Shown: positions 55,409-62,736 of the stretch, piece by piece | How positions within the stretch are numbered: the stretch's first letter is position 1 | Layout of the letters: each line of letters starts with the position of its first letter | Made by a program: the position numbers and the translations under genes | DNA from: Smithella sp. | GTDB lineage: Bacteria > Desulfobacterota > Syntrophia > Syntrophales > Smithellaceae | NCBI GenBank assembly: GCA_012522275.1 | Contig: JAAYKU010000052.1 | Location: forward strand, 1 to 62,736 | Reading direction: 5' to 3' | Length of the DNA: 62,736 bases | The notes under the pieces: model-generated | What the model saw: the letters and a program-made list of their open reading frames with translations, nothing else | Database searches by the model: none | Told to the model about the DNA's origin: nothing

Positions 55409-56394
55409 AACACGCTTAAGAGCTCTTCCCTGGAAACGGTGGACGTGCCCACCTTGCCCACTACGATGCCCGCGGCATGATTGGCTAGGGAGGTCGCCTC
55501 CTTCAAATTCGCCCGCGCCGCCAGGGCCAGTGCCAGGACACCCACCACCGTGTCTCCGGCTCCGGTGACATCATACACTTCTTTAGCACGAGCGGGAAAA
55601 TGCGTATAAGTAACCGGAGAGCCGTTTTCAAACAGGCTCATTCCCTCTTCGCCCCTGGTGACGAGCAATGCCCTGAAGCCATGCCTCTTGAGCAGCGTCT
55701 CTCCCAAGGTTAAAAGGTCCTCACCGTTGCCGATCTCCATACCCGCGGCCCGCTGCGCCTCATAGTGATTGGGCGTGATAATATCCGCGCCCGTGTAAAC
55801 GGAAAAATCGCTTTGTTTGGGGTCCACGCACAAAAAAATGCCGGCATCCGACGCAATGCTTCTGATGCCTTCCATCAACTCTCTGGTAACAACGCCTTTA
55901 TTGTAGTCGGAGACTACAATGGCGCCTACCCGGTTACGCACGGACCTTACATAACGGAGAATCTTCTCCAGGCTCTTTTCCGGAATCACCCGCCTGCTTT
56001 CCTTGTCGAAACGGACAACCTGCTGCCCGTGGGCGACAACCCTCGTTTTCAGTGTCGTCGGCCTTTCTTTCTCAATGACAATGCCGGACTTGTCTATGTT
56101 GCGCTCCTTCAGCTGTTTGAGTAATTCACGGCCGGCATCGTCCGCGCCGATCGCTCCTGCGACATAAACTCTGCCGCCCATCGTATAAATCGTATTGAGA
56201 ACGTTGGCACACCCTCCCAGCATCATGGAGTCCTTCTGAATATCGACAACAGGCACCGGCGCCTCCGGTGAGATTCTTGAGACTCTTCCCCAGATAAAGT
56301 GATCCACCATGACATCTCCGACGACCAGAACACCGGAGTTTTCAAAATTGGCGATGATCCCCAGTTCTTTATACCCGGAAGCTTTCCTGCTCAT
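55405..56394 (-). CDS. D-glycero-beta-D-manno-heptose-7-phosphate kinase (RfaE/HldE domain I only, PfkB family)
   Basis: Contains VLVVGDVMVDHFIWG.V.RISPEAPVPVV and DVTGAGDTV. At 329 aa it has no adenylyltransferase domain. Confidence 0.85.
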   Translation of the reverse strand: MSRKASGYKELGIIANFENSGVLVVGDVMVDHFIWGRVSRISPEAPVPVVDIQKDSMMLGGCANVLNTIYTMGGRVYVAGAIGADDAGRELLKQLKERNIDKSGIVIEKERPTTLKTRVVAHGQQVVRFDKESRRVIPEKSLEKILRYVRSVRNRVGAIVVSDYNKGVVTRELMEGIRSIASDAGIFLCVDPKQSDFSVYTGADIITPNHYEAQRAAGMEIGNGEDLLTLGETLLKRHGFRALLVTRGEEGMSLFENGSPVTYTHFPARAKEVYDVTGAGDTVVGVLALALAARANLKEATSLANHAAGIVVGKVGTSTVSREELLSVL

Positions 56395-56428
56395 TTATCT
56401 AACACCCTGCACGACACCGGAAATTTAC

Positions 56429-56453
56429 AAAAAGAAAAAGCGCGACGCGCGCT
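56429..56453 (-). terminator. Terminator-like GC hairpin plus U-tract inside the divergent intergenic region
   Basis: Minus strand reads AGCGCG cgu CGCGCT followed by TTTTCTTTTT, ending 34 nt upstream of the heptose kinase ATG. Confidence 0.4.
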
Positions 56454-56560
56454 GTATTTTATAAAAACTGATGAACATTATTATCAACGGCGCCATTTGT
56501 CAAATAGTTTCGCGGTACCCCCTTTATCACATTTGTCCCCGGTAAAATATTAAACTTCTC

Positions 56561-56589
56561 TTGACACATATTTTTTCTCTCCCTATAGT
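56561..56589 (+). promoter_or_regulatory. Candidate sigma70 promoter for waaA
   Basis: TTGACA, 17-nt spacer, TATAGT, about 80 nt upstream of the ATG at 56669. Confidence 0.55.
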
Positions 56590-56668
56590 CATGCGGGTAC
56601 GGCGCCAAGGCTGTTAAAATGACATATCCGTCCGGCGCGGCCTGCACGAAAGGTAAAGACTCCTGATT

Positions 56669-57910
56669 ATGTCACAGCTGATTATTTTCATCTACCGTGT
56701 TTTAACAGCTTTGATTGTCTGGCCGCTTTGCCTGGCGGTGCGCAACCACCCTAATTTCGAAAACACAATCAGACAAAGGCTGGCCCTGAAACTACCTGAT
56801 GTACCCGGAGGGGATTTAATCTGGTTGCACGGCGCCTCTTTGGGAGAGATCAGGGCGCTGGCCGGCCTGATCGAAGACTTGAAAGCACGAAAGCCGGGAA
56901 CCGTAATCTGTCTGAGCGCCATGACCGCGACAGGCAGGCAGGCGGCGATGAGCATTAAAGGCGCGGATATCGTCATACCCCTGCCGTTTGATGTCCGTCG
57001 GATTATGAATAGATATATGCGACATCTGGCCCCGAAGGTTCTGGTCATCGCCGAGACCGAAATATGGCCGAACATGCTTCTGGCAGCCGAGGCAAACTCT
57101 ATCCCCGTGATCATCATCAACGCGCGCCTTTCAGAAAGAGCTTTCAGACGCTATTTGCATATAAAACCCCTGACACGCCGCCTCCTGGAAAAGGTCCGCA
57201 TTCTGGCCATGGCCGAAGAACATGACGAGCGCTTCAGAGCCCTGGGGGCGGCCAACGTCGGCAGCGCCGGCAATATCAAGTTTGACACGGTGGCAAAGCT
57301 CGAGATAGGGCGGGTGGAGTCCTTAAGAAAAGAGCTCGGGATCGGCAAAAGACCCGTCTTTATCGCCGGCAGCATCCGCACCGGAGAGGAAAGAGATATC
57401 ATCGAGGCCATCGCCGACATACGCAAAAAAATCCCGGAAACATTCTGCGTTGTGGCGCCCCGTCATCATGAACGGATAAAATTCGTGACCGACGCGGCCG
57501 CACAGCGGGCAATGACCTGGTCCTTCAGAAGCGAGGGCTCTGCAGGCGCGGATATTTTAATTCTGGACACGGTAGGTGAGCTTTTCGATTTCTACGGCCT
57601 TTCCGACGCGGCGTTTATCGGAGGGAGCCTCGTTAAACTGGGCGGTCAGAATATTCTTGAGCCTGTCGCCTGGGGTGTGCCGACCGTTCACGGCCCGCAT
57701 ATGGATAATTTTCTCTGGGCAATGGAAGTGATCGGCCGATACACCACCACGGTAACAGACGCGGCCGGGCTGAGCCGGGAGATAGTTTCCATCATTTCCC
57801 GGCCCGACGTGTATCGTCAAAAAGCACAAATGGCCCAGGCGGCCCTTGACGGCGCCAAAGGCGCAACAAAGCGCTATAGTGATGAGATTTTGCAGATATT
57901 TACAAAGTAA
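56669..57910 (+). CDS. waaA: 3-deoxy-D-manno-octulosonic acid (Kdo) transferase
   Basis: N-terminal TM segment, IWLHGASLGE motif and GT-B glycosyltransferase layout. Confidence 0.88.
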   Translation: MSQLIIFIYRVLTALIVWPLCLAVRNHPNFENTIRQRLALKLPDVPGGDLIWLHGASLGEIRALAGLIEDLKARKPGTVICLSAMTATGRQAAMSIKGADIVIPLPFDVRRIMNRYMRHLAPKVLVIAETEIWPNMLLAAEANSIPVIIINARLSERAFRRYLHIKPLTRRLLEKVRILAMAEEHDERFRALGAANVGSAGNIKFDTVAKLEIGRVESLRKELGIGKRPVFIAGSIRTGEERDIIEAIADIRKKIPETFCVVAPRHHERIKFVTDAAAQRAMTWSFRSEGSAGADILILDTVGELFDFYGLSDAAFIGGSLVKLGGQNILEPVAWGVPTVHGPHMDNFLWAMEVIGRYTTTVTDAAGLSREIVSIISRPDVYRQKAQMAQAALDGAKGATKRYSDEILQIFTK

Positions 57911-57967
57911 AACATTCTTCCAGAGGTAAAGCCCACAAACTTTCTTTGCATTGCTATTATTGACGAC

Positions 57968-58003
57968 TCCGTAAAAAGTACGGATGCTGCGCAGCTTTTT
58001 ACG
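57968..58003. terminator. Inverted repeats between convergent waaA and the UPF0182 gene
   Basis: CGTAAAAAG ... CTTTTTACG (9 bp), plus an alternative local hairpin TCCGTA aaaag TACGGA and the GCTGCGCAGC palindrome. Confidence 0.35.
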
Positions 58004-58042
58004 AAGCCATCGTATTTGAGTTTTGCCAAGTCCGGGCCGGTG

Positions 58043-60775
58043 TTACGGTTGGCCTACGGGCCGGATGGCACCAGCATCAGAGAGCTTTTGCAAATCTTCA
58101 CGTAGTTTTTGCACTTCTTCACCATAGGCCGCCCAGTTGCCGTCTTTGAGGAGTCGCTGGGCCCGGTCGTAGCGTTCCAAGGCGCGTCGAGCTAGATCCC
58201 CCACAGAACCACCGGAAGACGCAAGCTCCTCCATCGCAGTTTTACCCGTGACGCCTCGAGACGTATCGGCAAGTGCCCTGTGCCCTAAAAGTTCATCGAG
58301 AGCCTCTTGCAGTCCTTTTTCCATGACGACGCGATTGCCGTCGGAGGCCATCACGCGGCGTAATTCCGGCAGGCGTCCTTCAACTGCCCTCAGAAACAAA
58401 GGTTTGATGTACAAAATGGAGTTCTCGATGGGAATGACCAACTGTGACCCTCTGAGCACTCGGGTGCCGGCCTGATCCCACAGCGCCAGCTGCTGGGCGA
58501 TCTCGGCGGTCTGATCGATACGCGCTTCGATCTGCATCGGGCCGAATACCAGCTCACCCCGCGGGAAACGGAATAACAGGAGGCTGCCGTAATTCTCCCC
58601 GTCGGAACGTCCTGAAAGCCACGCGATCATATTGTCACGCTTGTCCGGTGTGAAGGGGATCATGAGAATGAATTCCTCCTGGCGTTCCTCAGGGAACCGG
58701 AGAATCGTGTAGTAGCTTTCCATGGTCTGCGCCGAGCCAAACACACGTTCACTGGGAAATTCCCAGACGTCTTCACGGTTATAGAACATAACCGGATCAT
58801 GCATGTGGTAAATACGGAACATCGCGGCCTGAATGTCGAATATATCCTGGGGATAGCGCACCTGAGCGCGAAGTCCAGCCGGCATTTGTTCAATCGGAGT
58901 GAACAGAGCCGGAAATACTTTCGCGTATGCGCGAATCAGCGGATCTTGTTCTTCGCCGATCGTGTAGAGTGTGGTCTGACCGTTGTAGGCGTCGATGACA
59001 ATCTTGACCGTGTTTCTCATATAGTTGAGGCCCTGCCGATAGGGTCGCGAGTACGGATAGCGGCCCGAAAAGGTATAGGCATCGTAAATCCAGTACAGCC
59101 GCCCGTCAACAACCGTGATATAAGGATCATCGTCGAAGGACAAAAACGGCGCAAGTGCCCGTACACGCTGATGTATGTTACGATAATAAGCAATTCGGCT
59201 TTCAGGGTGAATATAATCTGTGATCAGGTAGTTGATGGTGCCAAAATGTATGGAAAAAATGAGCCGGCGGAAAAGAGAGGCGATGGAAACGCCGGTTTTT
59301 TCCGCATAGGTGGCAAACACGTTTTTCTCACCGTGCGGATAATCGAACTCTTCGATACCGGCCAGTACGATGACGGGTTCATTGGTGCGCTCACCGAAAT
59401 AAATCTCCGGACGGTTTAACTCCAGCGCCACGGAAGGACGGGGAGGAATGTCACGGATGAAAAGCTCCGGCAGACCTTCTTCCGTGAAGACGTTGACAGG
59501 ACTGGCGACCACGCCGTAGCCGTGCGTGTAGATGAAGGTCTTGTTCACCCATGTTTGGGAATCCGGCGGCAGTCTTTTCTGATCGAGCTCACGCGCGGCC
59601 AGCATGATCTGGCGATAATCACCGTTGAAGTTATAGCGTGCGATATCAATGTCATTGAAATCATAATAAGGACGGATGGCCTGAATCTGGGTGTACGTGT
59701 CCATCAAAGGCCGGTAATCCCACAGAGGAATATTTTCAATAGTCAGGCGATTGTTTTTCAGGTCTTTGCGCGTGAGACTGTAGTCCACCGGATATGGTTT
59801 TTCGACGATGTCATGGAGCCGGTATGCTTCGCGCGTGAGGGTAATGTGGTGCTCCAGATAGGGGCGTTCTCTCTCCAGTTCGTTGGGATCGACGGAAAAG
59901 CGCTGGACGGCTGCGGGAAGCAGCGTGCCGAACACGATGCCTGTAATAACCACAAGTACCAGCCCGGTAAGGGGAGCGGTAAAACTGTTCTGAATCAATC
60001 CATAGAAAGTCAGAGCCAGGCCCACCAGGCAAACGACCATCCTGATCGAATAGCCCGGAATACGGATTTTATCGTCCACATAGGTGATACCGTAGATCAG
60101 ACCCTCCGGCGAGAACAAGAGTTCAAAACGCCCCAGCCAGTAGCTGAAAAGCTGTACGCATAAGAAAAGGGCCAACAAAACCAGTGCATGGCGTTTGACG
60201 GCCGGGGCGAGCATCACATTGCGCGGCATGAAAACAATGGCCTGCCCTGTAAAATAAGCACCGGCCGTCAGTAAGGCGGTGATAAGCAGCAACGTCATGG
60301 CAAAATTCTTGATCATTTCGAAAAAAGGTAAAGAAAAGATGTAAAAAGCGATGTCACGCTGAAAGATCGGATCAGCATGGTCAAAGGGTGACTGATTGAG
60401 GTACATCAATACATCCAGCCAGTGCTGTGCGGGATAAGAGCTGATCGTCCATGCCATCACCGCCAGCATGGCGACCAGAGCCCAGCGGGCGGTTCGAATA
60501 GGGATTGCCAGTTGCTGCAGGACGATGACGGAGGGGGAGCGCTTTGTAAATCGATAGGCTAAGTAGAGATTCACGCCACCAAAAATGATGAAGATGAGGA
60601 AAAAAAGCGCCCGGATGATGTATTGAGTGGAGAAATAGGTCCAGAATACCTGCGTGAAGTTAAGTGATTCGAAAAAATGATAATCCACAAAGGCGGAGAT
60701 AAAAATTTTGAACAGCCCCGAAAGGACAAGAAGAGCGATCACACCGATCACGACGGGTTGCATTTTTTTTGACAT
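58043..60775 (-). CDS. UPF0182 family (COG1615) large membrane protein
   Basis: 910 aa with about 7 N-terminal TM segments. The C-terminal region (FYNREDVWEFP, MIPFTP..RDNMIAWL, LVIPIENSILYIKPLFL) is typical of UPF0182. Confidence 0.75.
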   Translation of the reverse strand: MSKKMQPVVIGVIALLVLSGLFKIFISAFVDYHFFESLNFTQVFWTYFSTQYIIRALFFLIFIIFGGVNLYLAYRFTKRSPSVIVLQQLAIPIRTARWALVAMLAVMAWTISSYPAQHWLDVLMYLNQSPFDHADPIFQRDIAFYIFSLPFFEMIKNFAMTLLLITALLTAGAYFTGQAIVFMPRNVMLAPAVKRHALVLLALFLCVQLFSYWLGRFELLFSPEGLIYGITYVDDKIRIPGYSIRMVVCLVGLALTFYGLIQNSFTAPLTGLVLVVITGIVFGTLLPAAVQRFSVDPNELERERPYLEHHITLTREAYRLHDIVEKPYPVDYSLTRKDLKNNRLTIENIPLWDYRPLMDTYTQIQAIRPYYDFNDIDIARYNFNGDYRQIMLAARELDQKRLPPDSQTWVNKTFIYTHGYGVVASPVNVFTEEGLPELFIRDIPPRPSVALELNRPEIYFGERTNEPVIVLAGIEEFDYPHGEKNVFATYAEKTGVSIASLFRRLIFSIHFGTINYLITDYIHPESRIAYYRNIHQRVRALAPFLSFDDDPYITVVDGRLYWIYDAYTFSGRYPYSRPYRQGLNYMRNTVKIVIDAYNGQTTLYTIGEEQDPLIRAYAKVFPALFTPIEQMPAGLRAQVRYPQDIFDIQAAMFRIYHMHDPVMFYNREDVWEFPSERVFGSAQTMESYYTILRFPEERQEEFILMIPFTPDKRDNMIAWLSGRSDGENYGSLLLFRFPRGELVFGPMQIEARIDQTAEIAQQLALWDQAGTRVLRGSQLVIPIENSILYIKPLFLRAVEGRLPELRRVMASDGNRVVMEKGLQEALDELLGHRALADTSRGVTGKTAMEELASSGGSVGDLARRALERYDRAQRLLKDGNWAAYGEEVQKLREDLQKLSDAGAIRPVGQP

Positions 60776-60837
60776 ACTGACTCCTTAATGTGATTATTGA
60801 AAAATATTGTGCACCCGCCGCATAACAGACGTGTGAT

Positions 60838-60867
60838 AAAAAAGCACTGCTCTCGCCGATCGGCAGT
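60838..60867 (-). terminator. Terminator-like hairpin plus T6 in the leader of the UPF0182 gene
   Basis: Minus strand reads ACTGC (12-nt loop containing CGATCG) GCAGT, then GC and TTTTTT, about 60 nt upstream of the ATG at 60775. Confidence 0.3.
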
Positions 60868-61107
60868 ATTTTCACAATTTGTGGCATAAATTTCATTTTG
60901 TTTCAACCTGATTGCCTGGTGGATACGCTATTTTTATCTCTTTTCTTAAACCTGCCCCGGTGCATCCCTATGACAAAAGGACAGCATTTCAATATCATCC
61001 ACTTGCTTCCCTCCTTCGGGGCTCAGGCCATATAGACCTATGCTTGAAATGATGGATTATTTTTTCATCCCTTCGTGAATATGGTCTTCAAACTTTGACG
61101 CGACATT

Positions 61108-61130
61108 AAAAGAACTGACAGATTGGTCAG
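61108..61130 (-). terminator. Candidate terminator after the AI-2E transporter gene
   Basis: Minus strand reads CTGAC caaucu GTCAG then TTCTTTT. It is preceded by the palindrome ATCCCGGCCGGGAT, which overlaps the stop codon. Confidence 0.3.
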
Positions 61131-61146
61131 CTTATCCCGGCCGGGA

Positions 61147-62190
61147 TCATTTAATGCTTTGACTTTCCTTCCAGAACCGACGCCCGGATCCCATCATCAC
61201 ACCGATCGGATGGAGCTCATTGATGTTTTCACAGGCGATTTTAATAGCCGAAGCAATTGGTACGGCCAGAAGCGCCCCCACAATGCCCCACAGCCAGCCC
61301 CAGAACAAAAGTGAAAGCAGGATGACGACCGGACTCAAGTGCAATCGATCTCCAAGGATTTTCGGTGTGATGAAATAACCCATGGTCATCTGGGCGGCAG
61401 TGATAGCGATCAGAGTGACCAGTCCGGGCCAGATACCGGGATAAAACTGGACCAGCGCCAGCAGGATCGGGGGGATGGAGGCGGCAACGGAGCCGATGAC
61501 AGGAATGAAATTGAAAAAAAAGGCCAGGGCTCCCCAGGTAATGGCGAAATCTATACCGATTATTGCAAGCACCAGCCAGATAAGGCATCCTGTCAAAAAG
61601 CTGATCAAAACCATCGCCCAGAGATAACGGCTGATCTGAGAAGATATGGAACTGCTGATTATTTTCATCTGATCGGCCATTTTTTTGGAAAGAGCCCGGT
61701 CCATCTTCTGTTGAACATAAGGTTTTCCGGACAGCAAAAAAGCAAGAAAAATCATCACCATCACAAGATAGGACACAATTGAAAAAAAAGATCCGGACAA
61801 GGTGACAAGGACCGAACGCGCTGACTTGCCCCAGTCAAAATCAGTCAACGGGTTGTATGCGAAAGGCAGCGCCCCTGATATTTCCGTACCGATTCGTATG
61901 AACTTTTCTTCATAGCGGGGAAACTCGGCCGCAATAGCAATCACGCGACCATGCAGGAAAAATACGCTGAGAAAAACGACGCCGCTCAACAAAAGCATGA
62001 TCACCGTGATGGCGACCGGCAGGGGAATTTTTCTTTGTGTCATGAAATTTATCGCCGGTCCGAAAATGAAAGTCATCAACCAGGCAATCACCAAAGGCAA
62101 GATAACGGGCTTGGCCACCTTCAGGACAAAGCCGACCGCAACGACAGTCAATATGGTCAGTGAAAGAAGAACAAGCTTGTCTTTATTCAT
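61147..62190 (-). CDS. AI-2E family transporter (PerM/UPF0118)
   Basis: 347 aa, multi-TM, with the conserved C-terminal half pattern (F.P..G......P..L.AL.......) of the AI-2E family. Confidence 0.75.
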   Translation of the reverse strand: MNKDKLVLLSLTILTVVAVGFVLKVAKPVILPLVIAWLMTFIFGPAINFMTQRKIPLPVAITVIMLLLSGVVFLSVFFLHGRVIAIAAEFPRYEEKFIRIGTEISGALPFAYNPLTDFDWGKSARSVLVTLSGSFFSIVSYLVMVMIFLAFLLSGKPYVQQKMDRALSKKMADQMKIISSSISSQISRYLWAMVLISFLTGCLIWLVLAIIGIDFAITWGALAFFFNFIPVIGSVAASIPPILLALVQFYPGIWPGLVTLIAITAAQMTMGYFITPKILGDRLHLSPVVILLSLLFWGWLWGIVGALLAVPIASAIKIACENINELHPIGVMMGSGRRFWKESQSIK

Positions 62191-62631
62191 AATGTTTCAT
62201 CTTATCACAAGCGTCTTGTGCTGTCACCTTTTCCAGCATCTTGGGTGACGTAAATTTTTCAGTTGAAACAAAGTCATCTACGACGCCGTGATGTTATACG
62301 ACACTCAGTGTTTCCTCGCCGGGATATTGTTCAATCGTTGTGAGCAGCTTCGCAATGTCAGCATGATCTTCAATGCGCCCGGGCGTCTTTTCGCGATTTG
62401 CTAAAACCGCCGCAGGTCATATCTTTTTAACTAAAAATTGTAAATTTCCCCTTTACATAATAGGCAATACATTGTAATACATACATTACGTTGAGATTTT
62501 TTCAACAAATAGCAGTTGTATGGACAAAATTAATGCGAAACTGTCGAACTTTTTTACAATTTATTAAAGATGTAATATTTAACCAAAATAATCTGCAATA
62601 AAATCTGTATGATATGGGCATTGGTCGGTTA

Positions 62632-62647
62632 TGGCATTAATTGTGCA
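62632..62647 (+). promoter_or_regulatory. Sigma54-like -24/-12 element pointing out of the window
   Basis: TGGCATTAATTGTGCA has GG-N10-GC spacing and TGGCA / TGCA cores, in an AT-rich context with no long ORFs. Confidence 0.25.
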
Positions 62648-62736
62648 GCGATATCTAAGTGGATTTTATATTTCTAGCCTGTGCTGTACAGGCGATGTCA
62701 TAAATATCCAATATTATTTATATGGCCTATCATTAG

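Noticed and set aside
60660-60896. 78-aa minus-strand ORF overlapping the start of the UPF0182 gene
   Set aside because: It is out of frame with and overlaps a well-supported gene start that has AAGGAG upstream. It also runs through the terminator-like element and has no SD.
62294-62416. 40-codon minus-strand frame (..EKTPGRIEDHADIAKLLTTIEQYPGEETLSVV) upstream of the AI-2E gene that looks protein-like
   Set aside because: It has no ATG, GTG or TTG start codon in frame after the preceding stop and no SD. It may be a gene remnant, but this cannot be supported without a database search.
62600-62736. DnaA-box-like sequences (GTGGATTTT, ATATCCAAT) in the AT-rich end region, suggesting oriC
   Set aside because: There are only two weak partial matches, no dnaA/dnaN context, and no cluster of boxes.

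Overview
Bacterial chromosome segment, probably a Gram-negative anaerobe of the deltaproteobacterial/Desulfobacterota type. This guess rests on gene content (LptD, WaaA, heptose kinase, AmmeMemoRadiSam proteins, DUF4416, DUF169). The window is mostly core housekeeping DNA. One co-directional minus-strand array of about 29 kb runs from a tRNA cluster (Thr-Tyr-Gly-Thr) through rpmG, tRNA-Trp, secE-nusG, rplKAJL, rpoBC, rpsLG, tuf, and the S10/spc/alpha ribosomal operons to a strong terminator after rplQ. fusA and adk are missing from their usual places. Left flank: two SDR genes, envelope genes (TPR lipoprotein, YibQ, Ctp, LptD), cysS, argC, rplM-rpsI, folC, an MBL hydrolase, DUF169 and a mini EF-Tu-domain protein. 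Right flank: AMMECR1 and Memo-like genes, DUF1178, tRNA-Pro, an orphan pilC, rlmB, pyrF, rpoZ, gmk, yicC, DUF4416, heptose kinase, waaA, UPF0182 and an AI-2E transporter. The most unusual object is a 770-aa end-to-end fusion of a cysteine synthase with a divergent second CysRS. It sits in an apparent operon with the AmmeMemoRadiSam A/B proteins but no radical SAM partner. The window ends in an AT-rich region with no long ORFs. No CRISPR array, transposase or obvious defence island was seen. All family calls come from motif recognition by eye, not from searches.
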